Shown: positions 45,224-58,985, numbered from the stretch's first letter. The stretch is 64,000 bases of DNA from Craspedostauros australis (GCA_030167865.1 JALAGF010000799.1:1-64000), one strand, 5' to 3'. A program made the numbers and translations. The notes: generated by a model from the letters alone, not told the origin.

Positions 45224-48200
45224 CGTGCAGCTGCTCTCTACTCTCTGCTGTCTGCTGGTAAAGTGGGTGTAAGTGCCACTATGAATTGGTCTTGTGCTTC
45301 CACAGATGTGGTCGCCGCGATCGACACAGTTCCTGTTCCTGTTCCTGTTCTTATTGCGATTGCGATTGCGATTGCTGGTGTTGTAAACTCCCTTTGTGTC
45401 AATTGTGACTTGCCGAGCCAGGATCGAAGTGTTGCAATCTGCGGTAATCCTGTGGTCTCTGGGTGTGTGAACAGATGTGTGAACTGGAGTGCCGACAAGT
45501 ATGGAGAGGAAGAAGCAAGCAGACACACACAAACGCACACACGCACACGGAGGAGAGAGTCTTCGAGCTTGTCTGGGCTTGCCTTTTGCGAGTGCAGTTG
45601 TCGATTCTTGTTGTTGGTCCGTTCGTTGCCGAGCATTGACATACAACACACGCCAAAATACATGACCTGCACTCCACCGCGACAGATGCCGGGAACGTCG
45701 CACAACTGTTGCCCACGGCGACCTCACCAATGCTCCCTTCTCCCAATTTTTCCAAACCTCCGAAGCCAACTTTGTGAGCGTATCAAATTCGTCGGTTGGT
45801 GTGACATCATGCTTCGTGGGAATCCGCTTAGATTCTCCCATCTTTGTTGTCCGTCCGTTGTCACAGGACATTTTTCGAGTCTTGGAAATACACGACTGTG
45901 CATCCGACAGTTACGTCTTCGCCAATCACCCAACGAAAGACGACAACAACGCGAAACGAAAGCCAAATTCTGCCATCTCCGCCAGAGTTCCACCGTTTGG
46001 TCATATTGGTGTGTTTTCGCACGTGTTTGTGGTAGATGCTGTCGGTTTCAGGAAGTATCATGATATATCACAATGTCTGTTCATCGTTTGATTTTGCCTC
46101 TTTCCAAGCCGATTCAAGGTCAAATGTGTGAGTGGGCATAATTCGGATCTTTGGCAAATAATCACTTAAACCATATATTTTCTGGTGAAACTGTCAGAGT
46201 GTCCTTTGGTGCCAGAGTGAAATCAAGTTTGTGTGATTGCAATCACGACTAAAAATCGAGTTTTGCGCGCCAAGATTGGATGGATACTTTCTGCCTCCCC
46301 AATCACACACACAATCGCCCAACCGCAAGAGACAACGCGACACATACAACAACTGGAGACAAACCGATTGAAATACCGCATCCACAAAGGAAGATTGCCA
46401 GATGCTGCATGTCACATGTCTCCATCCCCACCAGCAGGCCGTCGGCAGTTTGTTGGGGAGGAAATGATGCAGAAAACGTCGCATCATAATCGTACATTCT
46501 GTTGGCGCTTCGCGTCTCGATGATACCTATTCTCTCGTGTTTCGCCTGAGAGTAAATGTGTGGTACGAGGCAGAGGATGGCATGGCGAGTGTGAGTATTG
46601 TCGCGATTTTGCTGCGGGATAGCTTGTGGATGGTTGCCACGCCATGGTCACGAGCGCCAAGAGTCGAGAATGCGCCCGCAGAGTACAACCAGGAGGAGCC
46701 GCGTCCCAGGACAATCGCTCGCAATGGCGGCCAATAACCAAGCGAATGATGGTGGCATACATGGAATGAGGAATCGCGTGCATGTGTATGGACGTGGTTC
46801 GATAGAGATTGCAACCTGAAACCAACCACTTCGCATCTCTTTGCAACGCAGCTGTCAATCCTTTTTTGGACATGTCTCAATCCGATCTTTCTGCGCGAGT
46901 CGGAGAGTGTTGTGCACGCTGGTTCTCCCATGACGTCATGGCAAGGCCAGAGTTCCCGGGACCAGGCAGACAGGACGAGATGAAAAGATAACGTATCATG
47001 ATACATGGCGCATTCCATGTGCTATCTCTGTGGGTCAGACTCCGTTGCGAAGAGTTCAGTTGGGTACGCTTCCTTCTATTTTTGATGTTTGTGGCATCGC
47101 TGCCCTCCACCATTGCAGGCGTACGCTCCCACGTACGACTACTATCCGTACGCATTTCTGGCACCACGCCAAACGCAAATTTGCTCCTGCGGGAACAAGC
47201 AGGTGGAGTGGGAACACGAACAGGCACTGCCAAATCATGGGGAAGGCTGCCGACGAACAACAGGTTGCGACCAGGCGTTGCGGGATATGCCGGCATCATA
47301 CCCACATTTGCGTGGGTGCAAGATAGAGCAGAACAGAGCAGAGCAAACGAATGTTGATTGAATTGCAGAAACTCCATGCATCTCTGAAGGTGGGCGCCCG
47401 CAGTCTCCAGCACAGGAGATCATGTAGAGGCTGCCGATGCTGAAACTCTCTTTGCCCACGTTGAGCCTCGAGGTACCAACAAGGTGATGCACGATACGAG
47501 GAAGCAGACAGGGACAACGAAGAGGTACTTCTCTCGGTGCCGACAGGCATCGGAGTGCGGGCACAAACCGCGGACAAAGAACCGAAGCCGGAGGCTGCTC
47601 CACCACAACAAGCGGCCATCTGTCAGGGACAGTTAGCATCGAGTGTGCGTGGTTCCTGCGACGTCGTGCTATCGCCGGGATCGCTCTCTTCCCCTGTCCA
47701 GTTGGCACCACTTCCGTACTACTCACACGCTACCATCGGCACCACGTCCATCGGTCAGATCGCCTCCGATGAATTCGAGTTGGGTGCTTGCTACCCTTGC
47801 TACCGCGTGCGCGATTGGTCAGAACCTATCTTCGTTGGTGGCACAGTCCGCCTGGCCACGTCGACGTGGCCAGACGAGGGCATGCATTTGATGTTTCCCA
47901 ACTCAGATGACGCAACTGCATTGCGCATTGCGTCGCAGCGGGCGATCAGCAGTTAGCTTCGCCTGTTCTTCGGCGTATCTTTGCACGGAAATCGATGCGG
48001 AGGTGCAAGTCTCCGAGACCGTCCGTGTCGATCTTCTCTGGGTATCGCCTCGCTTTGGATCGCGAGTCTTGTCCTCGGGCAGAAGATGCTTCACCATTAC
48101 CATCTGTTTTTCTTCCCCTGCCTTCACATGAGCGGGAGATGATGTGATGAATGCTGCTGCCATTTCTGTTGAACTTTGGGCGAGTATACAGTAATGTATT

Positions 48201-51085
48201 GTACATAATATCATACTCGCCCAACGAAGTGAAATGCTCTGCCCGACCAATCAAATCAATAGGAAGCCCGCTACATCAGATCCAAGTTCTACACCATCGT
48301 CGAGTGCTCAATGGTCTTGGCATCATGCTGTTGGACGGTGTAACGGTACTGCATGGCAGAGCATAATTGCAGCAAAAGTGGTAGAGCATGCGATGTGCAC
48401 CAGGCACGGATGACTTGGAAGCACATGCATAGCAGAAAGCTGGCGCCACAGCAATGCTTGAAGTTCGTGAGCGAGGGTCCAACCAGGCCGCCGGTTTGGG
48501 CGGTGGCATGCATCAAGAGTCGCGAAGAAGCATGTCACTGCAGCCGCTGTATGCTACAAGTATGTGACATCCATCTACGGATGCTAGTCGCGCTCTGTAT
48601 CTCTCGCTGTTGCGTATGGTACCATGCCTCACACCACCGCCTCCTACTGTCGACGAGTTCACTCCATGCAGGAAGGTTGCATGTCTTCCAAGCAATCAAT
48701 CTTCATGCGAGTTCGTGAGTACAAACAGCCACACTCGCCATGCATGGCGCAGACGTTGTATTTGCGACTGAGCAATGCCTCGCTCTTCGTCTGCCAGTAT
48801 CATTGGTTGCTTCCTGCACCTCTCTGCAATCGCATTCCGCTCACCACGTGTCTATTGTCATGGAAGTGCCACCAGAGTTCGGCGACGCGGCTGCTTCCCA
48901 AGACAAGACACCACTTCGCGAGCAATCAGAATTGCTCTGCTGCGATTTGATGACCCCGTTGTTGCTTGGTGCCACTCCCTTGGCATCGTCGGCAGCTGCT
49001 TTGTAAGGCGCAGTTTCATCCATGATAATGCGGATGGGCACAGAGCTGGTTCTATCACGTGAGCGATAACCTCGCTCCGTTCAAATCGTGGCAGCGTCAG
49101 GCATAGTCGTAGATGCATAGGTCGTACTCGCGTCGTAGCAGTGCTTCTCGTACCCGAACCAGGGCAAGGAAGCAGCAAAAACACTTTGGCTTGTGATAGT
49201 TGGTGGTAATGTCACTGTTGGCGGTGGCGGATGAGTGGGTTGTCTCGCGTGGTTGCATCAACCGGTACGCAGTGGATCGAACGGCGTAGTATGGTATGGT
49301 ATTGATCGACAGAGATTGATGGATTTCATTGTTTCTTGATGGCGTGTTGTGGTGATACATGCGAGTGTGCATGGAGTGGAATGAAACCGGAACGCAGATA
49401 GGTCGTAATCGTGGAGTGCAGAGTACTATCGTGCTCTTCTCCTTTCCGCCTCGGTTTGTTTTCGTCTGCATGCCGAGGAAAGCAGAAAACGTGAGCGATT
49501 TGCTGCCATTTGCGTCGTCTGTGGGGCATGGAGCACAAGGATGTACTCTATGCAGCACACACATGTATAAAGCACAGTGCGAGTATGGTACTGTCCATGG
49601 TGATGGTGCGATGATGGCGACCCACTCCGCGCTTGAACAACCAATCTCCAGAGGACAGCCAAAGATGCACCTAGTCTGCGTGTGTGCGAAAAGTCGACGG
49701 CAGCTGTCAGGAGTCGAAAACCAGTCTCCATTCAGTCTCCACGACCTTCCTTTGGGGACGCTGTGTTGTGAAGCGCCGCCTTGCCCCCATGCATGATCGA
49801 TTACGCCTGTGACAGAATGGAGCGCATTTGGTGAGTGGATCGCCACATGCGGTTTGGTTCCTGTTGTTGGCGTTGCTGTTGTCGTGTTCTTGATGCCTTG
49901 CGCAATGATGAGTGGTTTGTGATGGTGGGGAGAGTGGAGTGTATGAAGAACGACAGATGGCAGATGGTTCTGTCGTGACTGAAGAATGATGTATTGTCCA
50001 ATCCCCACTGGGTGACGCACATCAACCCAATTAAGCGTCCACCTTCCACGTTTCTGATAGGCCATTAAGTGAGAGAGTGCCGTCACGTCTCTGACGAACT
50101 TGCGGGAAGAGAAGCTGCCAAATCCTTCGATTCTGCAAACGGAACACACCATGACAGTGGAACCGCTGATTCTGTCGTCATTTTATCATCCCCGCCTGCG
50201 TGTTGCCAGAATTCGCTTCTTCGTCGATTCTTGATGGTGTTCCGCCTCTCGTTTTTCCATTGCCTCGCAAACTCCTCTGCGATTGTCCAAGAATGGTTGG
50301 TTGCTTTTATCGGTACTCCTGCGACATGTCCGCGTAGCAGTGATGAAGGCCGGAACGCCATTCGGTACTCCTGGCTGACGAACAATGCAAACCTCCTCCC
50401 GAAACGCAGATCAAGCCAGAAGCGCTGAAGTGCAATTCATCTTTTGTCTGCTGCCCACCTGATGGGTGCAACGCCAATCGCTCTGCTCCTGGCTGCCCAG
50501 TCGACGTTCGACCCAGCAGGCCTCGTTTTCATCGGCCGGTTGATTGGCAAAATTGACACATCTCTCCGTTCGTCCCGCAAAGCACACGACATGTGGTCAT
50601 CCTTCCACAACCCTGGACGGTGACTGCAACCCTCAATCGCAACTTCAGCACACTCCAAAAAAGCTGCAATAGCCGATGCACGCAAAGAGCTGAACACTCC
50701 GCCAGAACCTCTGCCCTCCTCTCTTGATCGTGCACGAGCACATACCGCATACCCACATCACCACTGTATTATGGCTTGCTCCTCTCGCGAGACAATCCAC
50801 ATCAACTCCACCCGACTTGTCTTCATTGCTCCCTTCTTCGATCTTGAAGGCTTGATTGTTCGACTGTCATCGCAGATCATCCATCGCACACACAACGACG
50901 AGAATCGCTTCGATTTCCATTCTTGTGCCACCAACAGAAGCAGCAGCACCACCACAAACACCCGCCGACACCGACGCCAACACCGACGCCGACAATAGTA
51001 TCGACACCAGTATCGACAACAGCAACTCCAACTCTGACAGCGACACCGATAACAAGAGCACCACCAGCGGCGAGATCGACGGTTG

Positions 51086-51126
51086 ATTCCTTCCTTCCTT
51101 CCTTCCTTCCTTCCTTCCTTCCTTCG
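51086..51126 (+). repeat. (CCTT)n microsatellite
   Basis: Direct reading of tandem CCTT units. Confidence 0.9.
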
Positions 51127-51633
51127 TTCGTTGCACATCCACTGCGTTTGCCGACGCCTGCAGGGAAGCGCGCGGATTGAGAAAGCGACTCGCAAGAACG
51201 TGAACAATCCAATCGATCACGCGCTCAAGCTCTCCAACTTCGGCACAGAGCGCGAATTCTTCCGCGTGGTCCCAGCTGCTGCCGTGGATCGACCGACAAC
51301 CTGCTTCCGTTCAAGTATCCGTGCGGCCGTATCCATATCGGCATCGATATTGACATCCAAATCAGCAATTCTCGACATCGCTCCACGTTGTTCAAAGGTA
51401 CCTTGGTGACCCCTTTCGGTAGAAGAGGCCCGCTGCCAACAACGTCACATTGTTGCACACAAGACGACGGCGACGAAGTCAAGTCACCGTCACTCAATAT
51501 TGAGAAAGAAAAACGGCGCCAAGACGACGATCCAAAGGACGAATCGTCGTTGTATTGGCTGTCGTGGTTGCTGCCGCCGCGGAGCCGTCAAGCCCGCAAG
51601 GAAAGACGTAGTCGTCCAATTCCATCTGGCTTG

Positions 51634-54600
51634 ATGTCAAGTTCGGCAGCACCCAGCACGAGACCTGTGCCTGAGGACCCCGCCGTCGTCGATGACTCCA
51701 TCCGCCAACTGGACCGCGTCTTGCAGATGATGCGCCCCGACGAAACAGCCGCGTACAACTTGGCATGCCATGCATCGCCGCATCTCATCACAAGCCGCTC
51801 ACTTCGACTGCAGTTCTTGAGAGCAGAGGCATTCCAGCCCGGACTCGCGGCTCATCGATTAACGCAGTACTTCTCGACGGTCCAGAAAATGTTCGGCACG
51901 GAGCTGCTGGGACAGGAGCTTCGCCTTTCGCACCTCACGCCATCTGATATGAACATACTTCGGAATGGTGCCATCCAACAGCTCAGCCAGAAAGATATCG
52001 CGGGCTGCCCGCTGTTGTTTCACCATGACACTTGCCGTCGAACACAACCGGAAACCTTGGTAAGTGCTCTCGAAGCATAAATTGCCTGACGCTCTCACGA
52101 TTTTGATCAAGCAATCTTGCCACGTGACACCATCATTGCGCTAGGCTGCCACTCCATGCCATGCCAACGCGAGCTATCTTGCTCATACCCATGCAACGAA
52201 ACCGCGCATATTCTCATCGCCACTTTGCCCTTTTTGTCGCGAACCCCTTTCTACGCTCAATGTGGATGCCATGTGAACACCATGTGGACTTCTTGCTTGA
52301 ACCTTCCATGATGGTACGCGAACTCTTGCGCCAACGTATGCACACCACCACGACGGCCCACCTCGGATTCTGCATCCCTCTCCGTCAACGGATGTGTTCA
52401 TCGTGTATCGTGGCCTTCCGCTTGTTCGTCCACGTAGCTGAAAATCGCCCTGTACATCGTGGATGTCATATCCAGAGACACCCGAGTCCAAAAGTCAGGT
52501 ATCGTTCGTATTTGCTACGATGTCACCACAGATGACAATGGTCCCGCGGGACGATTGGGAGGAGCTCACTTCGATCAACTTCATGGTACTCAACGTCCCA
52601 ACAGCGACATCAACTACCAGCTCTTCTTGGGTTTGGAAGAATTCTTCAGATTCGCCGCGCCTGTTCGAGTTGAACGGCACCATCTCATCCAAGACACCGA
52701 AACGTACACGCATCGTCCCACTCTCAATATGTTCAAGAAGATCCTCTCCAAGGATGCGCAGCGACGATTTTCCTTTCATCTCAGTAAGTGCCACTCAGTG
52801 CGATGCCAAATCCAATGCTCTCACATTGATCAGCGAGATGGGCGCAGCTGCCTCTGGTACGCTCCCTTTCTGATCTGCTCAGTCTGAGAAGGAACCACGA
52901 CTGTGATAGGCATGATGCTTTGGTCGCTTCCATGCGTCACGTCGATGTACTCCATGTTGATGTACTTCGTGCGCATTGCAAAAGCCGAATTCCAGACTCT
53001 CCGAAAGCCGGCAAACGGAACGGCCGATGCTCTCGTCCATGTCCCCCACGATGTCTTCCCAAGCATTGCTTGTTGTTTGTATGCCTCTTGCTGACTGCGA
53101 ATTGATGCGATGGGTTGCCTGGAAGATGAGAGACGGCGTTACGAATGTCATGATGCCAATCCTCTTTGATGTTGCCACGTGGTTGAGTATATTGATGTTC
53201 ACATAGACACTCACCCGTTCGTTCATCTTTTCACGCGATTCGGCGACGCGTCTGTCTTGTTCTTCAATGTGGCCGCATATGTGTGCACGTAAATGTACCT
53301 TGTGACCTCTGCCATTTCGGTCTGCCTTGATCGACTCTGATGATCTTGAACGACCCCCGTCAACCACCTCTCAAACTCTCAGTATCCGCACAAGGCGTGA
53401 CGCCAAGTCTTGAAACGCATGGCATACAAATGTCATGCCTGCCCCTCGACACCCATCAACGTGTGAACACTGCGCAGCACCTTCAGTGGATCACGAGCAG
53501 GCAGATGACGGAACAGACAGATCTTGAGGATGCGAGCCAATTCATCCATCACAGGTTCGTCTCGTTTCCATCGTATGCGTCTGCGCAGACCTCGAGGGCA
53601 TCCGCATCCGCACCGGCGTTCGCAACCGCAACCGCCGCTTCGCCTGGGTTGGCTGGGGATACCTCGTTGGACGCTCCAATCAGCTCCATCGTCAATGACC
53701 CGCAATCGTATTCCCAGGGTGGGCATGCCCGCTCGCAGCCAACGCGGGATCTCAGAGTGGATAGCCCGGAGTCGAAGCTCGAAGTTCCGTCGCAGATACC
53801 TACGATGAAGACCATGCCAGCATTGCTCGCATTAGACTACGACTCGGAGGTACTGTCTGAGTATCAGTGCCTGCTGCGCCATCAAATAGAAGTATTTGTG
53901 GCCCAAGAGAACGACATTGAACCGATGACCGTCAAGCAGTCCAGGGTCATCGAGCTTGGGCAGGTGGGATTGCGCTGTAAGCACTGCGTTGACGACGAGG
54001 AGAAAGCTCCCGGTTCTGTCTACTTTCCAGGTAAGCGTGTCGTGATGTGGCGGATGGGTGCTATACCTGCACACGGCGAAGCGATGAGTTGTTTTCGGCT
54101 TGCCGCACGTGCGTAGTGGGTTGGTGGGATGCGTTTGCTCTCTTTGGGGTACAGATGCTCGCGCGGTACGACTGGAATGAACGCCCGACATCTGGTGCAT
54201 TCACATTCGCTGTGCCACTTAGTGTGGTGCAGTCTTGGGACGATGCCGCTACATCGAGCGGCGTTGCTTATGGATGATTGCACGGACGGGTCACATCGTG
54301 GACATGTATCGCGATTGATTGCCGACTCACGACTCTGTTCTGCCGTGCTCTGCCCTTGTTTCATGTCCATGACGTCGGTTACGATGACAACCGTGGCGGG
54401 CGTTGCGTGGATGTCCTTCGTTGGCGTGTGGGACGTCGGCTGTTGAAAACCTGCGTTCATGCAAAATGCCCTGATGTTCAGGTTCTCTCGGCATGCTCTA
54501 TCAGGCCGCCCAGAACCTGGCGAAGAATCATATCTGCAATCCAACAAATGGATGCAAGTCCATACCGAGCGACACCAAGGCAAAGCTCAGCCAGCTCCGA

Positions 54601-54762
54601 GCAGACAAGCGCCGTGCGGCGTCTGGGAAGGAGTATTGGAAGAACACAGCGGTGAAGGTGTTTGGGATCTACCAGCACAGCAAGGCCCTTTGGCTCCGGC
54701 AGCAGCGCTCAGCCCAAGCCCACCCGAGATCACCAGCCGCGGCTTCTGTAGATCAATCGTAA
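51634..54762 (+). CDS. Four-exon gene (~566 aa): diatom-type CRAL-TRIO-like domain fused to a diatom-type CxxC-containing C-terminal domain; exons 51634-52059, 52438-52783, 53383-54030, 54482-54762
   Basis: GT-AG introns with consistent phases (0,1,1) join four ORF pieces into one 1701-nt frame. N-part: AYNLA...LRLQFLRAEAFQP.LAA.RL..YF...LFG/MFG...KD.AG.P, QKSGIV. C-part: D...LSEYQCLLR.QIEVF.A...GQVGLRCKHC...GSVYFP..L..LYQAAQN....H. Start codon uncertain. Confidence 0.8.
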
Positions 54763-57362
54763 GTGGGCATGGGGTACGGGGTATGGAGTACGGGATACAG
54801 TGTCCACAGACACATACGCACACGCCACGAGGCCAGAGAGCGCGTGTGCATGTGGGTGTGTATGGATGGAGGTGCGGTAGTGCTGGCTCTTCGATTTGCC
54901 AGTGAGATGGTTCGGCGATGCAGCAGTCAGTTGATGAGGGGGCGGGAGTGTCGTGAGAGAAGGGATCACGTCGTGATCCATCTTCCACGACGTGCACCTG
55001 GCGGCGATGAGCGACGGTGCGATGTTGTGGCAAGAGCGTTCGGTGCGAAGCTCGGAAGTATTTCCATCAGTCGGTGCAGCCATCGCGGACAGCCCTTGTT
55101 ATTGTCGCATGGCGAGTGCGAGTGATCACCCACGCTCTGCAGGAGCACGAATCGGGTCGCTATGGCAGCGACGACGACGGCATTGTCGGAATGGAAGCCG
55201 ACAACGCTTGCGCTGGCAGAAGGAAGGAAATGCGTGGCGCCGACTCGTGGCGACAAAGCAGGATGACAGTGCGCATCCAAGATGCCTCGCCATTGCCCTC
55301 TCTTGCATCCTGAGCTGGTCTGGCCTGGCGTGGGCCCACCATCACATTTCTCTCTCTCTCTCTCTCTCTCCTCCCTTTCGTTCCATGTCCGAAGCATCCA
55401 CCGCACTATGGAGGTATTCAGCCTGTTGGTAGCAGCATCCGTATCTTGATGAAGTGTGAGGAAACGCCTGGATTATCAGCAGCTTCGGGAAGATGTGCGG
55501 GAAGGAAGGGCAACGGAGGTGGCCTTGTGGACAACGAGACAAAGCACCGCGCTGACCACCCACAATTAGGTGTGTCCTCACATGTCAATGTTCGGGAGGA
55601 AGCCGTCTGCAGGAACTCACTCTGTTTGTGTGGACGGAAGCGAGGTCAGGTGATGCAACACGCAGAAGGGGGAGACGTTGGGTTAGTAGAGGCCCGCTTG
55701 AGGTTTGGATCAGCGCGTTTAAGAATTGGATCACGCAGCGCTGAAGGCGCCAGATGTCGACTGCCATCGGTCATCATGCTGACGCTCTGGGGAGGGCACA
55801 ACCATCATCTCGCTGGATGTGACACGGCAGACGTGAATTTCGTGGCCAGACCACCGCAACCTCGAGCGGCCGCAAACAGTCATGGGCTGTTACTGCGTGG
55901 TATCGATGACTCCCAACGGCAGCTGCCCGCAATGACCCTCGCTCCTCTCATTGCGATGGTGCGCAATACCTATCGGCCGCGCACGGGCATTTTTCTTCCA
56001 CCTGAGACTCTGTCTGCGGCAGATAACCATCAATCGCCATGACGCAAAAGGAAGCAACCAAAAGACATGTGGCGCGGCACCTTTGAGGCCCCAGCGCTGG
56101 TGGGATGGTTAGCATTCGTGAAGTCTTCGTGTGCCCATAGAGATGGCGTAGAGTAATGTAGTGAAGTGAAATTGGGGCTTCGGACCGCAGGCTGGGTGCA
56201 CGCTTCTTCCAGAATCGACGGCAAGCTTTCGGTGCTGGGGAGGCAACTCGCGAGATGATGAGCTGCTGCCAGAGGGTAGAGATCCATGAGAATCCTCACC
56301 AACAACCTGATCGATGACCCCCTCCTCTTTTGCTGTTTTGTGTGTGGCGTTGACACGCATACCAATACACACACTTGCTGCTGCTTTCGGTCACACGGGT
56401 GGTCATCTGGTTGATGTCATGTGATGTGAGATGACGTCTGATGCTTTTTCAAGGACTGCGTGCTGCACAACATGCACGGGAGCTCCGACGACACCCACAA
56501 CCACAAGAGGAAGCGAAAGCAGGAAGAATTCCGCCACTCAGCCGAGGCGCGTACTTCGTCATTACCGTGTTCTGTCCTTCTCTGCAAGAATAGAAGTCTC
56601 CTCTGGGCTGCTCCGCCACGAAGATCAATCGCATCTGTTGTCACCACCGCTCCCGAACAGCGCTGTGGTCGCTTCTGCGTTGTCGCTGCTGCCCGTACGT
56701 TTCGCATCAGGCTCGTCATGGCGCGATTGTGTCAAAGCAGCTGAGCCGAAGTGTTCCGGTTCTGATGCGACAGAACCAGAACCCAAAGCAATCCTCCATC
56801 CTTGTCGGGGCACAGCAACACGAACGCACAACTCCGATTCTGGTAGCGACAACCAAGTGCAGCCTCTCTTCGGCAACAGCGAAGCGACACCTGGGGAAGG
56901 AGCCAAAAACCGCTGTAAACACGCAGGTGCATGTTCGCGCTTTCGGGGAAATGCTCGGAGAACAACCTCATCGAATGGTCCACTTAAGCGTCACTGGAAC
57001 GGCGTGTTCGCCAAAACGCAAACATGCTGATGTGTTGCACAAGAAGAAGCTGCACAGAATGGGTTCGGAAACAGCATAAAATAGGAACGTGATTTGTTTT
57101 GCATTTGTCGACTTCACATACTACATACGAAGCTAGGAATCGATGTTGGACGAGTAATAGCTCGTACGTGCACATCTCTCTGATCTCTCTTTCTCTGTGA
57201 GCAAGTCGAGAACGCAATGCGAATAAAAGAAGTGGAATGGGACAGCAAATGATCAATGTAGAGCACTTCAATCTTAGCATACTTCGGAGCGCTACATGTG
57301 AGTACTCTTTTCTGGATTGGAGCAAACCAAACCAACACATAGCACTGTTGGTCGAGCTGCGT

Positions 57363-58400
57363 TCACGCTCGCTGGGCCTTCAGGATGTGCGAGTACACGG
57401 CCACGGGCTTGGATGGTTCATCGAAAAACATGGCATCCTGCGGGTCCAGGTAGGCGGCCGTGAGCAAATTTCCCTTGAGGTCGCCGCCGTCCGGTGAATC
57501 CGGATCTCTCCTCCATGTCCAAAAGTGCGCGTAGTTGCCGACGACTTGGCGTGGCACGCCCACCTCTGTGCCGGTTCCGAATGTCACCTGGCGGATGTGC
57601 TCGCTGCATACAAACACCCCTGTCGATTCCACCATCTCGGACTCTCGGGCGTTGCAAAACAGCTCGATGCGTTCTGCATTTCGGGTGCGGTAGTCGACAA
57701 AGTCGATCGACAGGCGATTTGGGTTGGCCTTTGCATTGTAGGCAATGTCTTTGACTGCCTTGTATCCCAAGTTGGTGTCGATCTGACTCCGTAACGTCGA
57801 GCCTCGATCTTCCAGCCCGGTGCGTGGATCGATCGACATTTGGTACGTCACGTCCTTGCCGACATCGCTGAACGCGGCTATGGAGCACTTCTGAAAGCCA
57901 GGGATGATGGCATTTGACACGATCTTGTCGCGGGGAATGCGCTTGGAGGGGAAGAGGAAGCCACCGAACGTGGTCTGAACGTTCCATGTGCCGCGCAGGA
58001 ATTCGGGATACGTCTGAGCGGCTGGCGGGATGTTGAAGATGGAATTGGAGAGCCGAGAAGGATCCCTTTCCGCCAGACGCGCGGCCAATCCGTTGGAGCT
58101 TCCTTGCGTTGTGATTGCGGCACTTGCTGTCTCAGTCGGTACAATCAACCCACCTGCGGTGACGATGCCTCCAACAGCCCCGAAGTTGTGAAGGACGCCG
58201 CGTCGGGTTTGGCCGGTTTGATTCTGCGATGGGGTTGTGGCGCCAAGAGCTACCGCTCGCCGATCCCGCAAGGCGTCCGCCGATGTACTACCGCATGTTG
58301 TCTGCGGGGCAAATGACGAGACGTGAGGAATCGTGGAGATGCACAGCAGTGCCGCCAGAAACATGGAGCGAAGAGTCATGACCGCATGTATTGATACCAT
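57363..58400 (-). CDS. Plastid thylakoid-lumen-targeted conserved protein (resembles the cyanobacterial/algal DUF6816-type family), 345 aa
   Basis: Signal peptide ending VSS|FAP, S/T/R-rich transit peptide, twin-arginine TRRGVL, hydrophobic core and ASA cleavage site. The mature part has YPEFLRGTW and NPNRL motifs. The family name is from recall and unverified. Confidence 0.82.
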   Translation of the reverse strand: MVSIHAVMTLRSMFLAALLCISTIPHVSSFAPQTTCGSTSADALRDRRAVALGATTPSQNQTGQTRRGVLHNFGAVGGIVTAGGLIVPTETASAAITTQGSSNGLAARLAERDPSRLSNSIFNIPPAAQTYPEFLRGTWNVQTTFGGFLFPSKRIPRDKIVSNAIIPGFQKCSIAAFSDVGKDVTYQMSIDPRTGLEDRGSTLRSQIDTNLGYKAVKDIAYNAKANPNRLSIDFVDYRTRNAERIELFCNARESEMVESTGVFVCSEHIRQVTFGTGTEVGVPRQVVGNYAHFWTWRRDPDSPDGGDLKGNLLTAAYLDPQDAMFFDEPSKPVAVYSHILKAQRA

Positions 58401-58985
58401 GACTTCTTGAGATGTTTCCGCTCGTTTTGCTGATGGACACCTCTCTCTCTCTCTCTCTTTCTCTTGCTGGAGAGAGGCACAGGAGCAAAGATTGGACGAT
58501 CTTGAGTGGTGCTCACCGCCTGTTGGAGGCTGCAGAGTATGGCACGAGGTGGTACGAGCGTGTTATTCTCTTCGCAATTGCAACCGTTCGTCAGAGGCGA
58601 TGTTCTGTGTTTCGGAGAGTGGTTGTTTGTTCCGAGGCTGTCCTTGTCCTTGCGCGGCTTGGGCCTGTCGTCAGAGAAGAAAGAGTTGGTGGGATGTGTT
58701 GGCGCCGCCGAAAAACGTATGTTTCGTGACTCCAAATCACGGGAATGACTGTTCGTCATATCCACGACTAGCATTCATCGCTCAAACTTCCTCCCACAAA
58801 ATGGAGAGGCAAACCAATGAAGGAGACAGACTCGCCCATCCATGCACTGCTGCAACATCGCTCTGCGGGTCAGGATAAACTCGTCCAAGCCATTTTACCC
58901 GATGATTACTATACAGCACGATACTCTCTCTCTCTCTTTGCTCGTGGAGGGTGTTAAGTTGTGGAGTACTGCAAAGTGTACTAGT

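Noticed and set aside
49097-50152. 351-aa minus-strand ORF
   Set aside because: Non-ATG start, H/C/T-rich composition typical of intergenic DNA here, no motifs and no coding codon bias.
56431-57079. Overlapping short plus-strand ORFs, possibly a frameshifted gene
   Set aside because: No recognisable domain and no consistent splice model.
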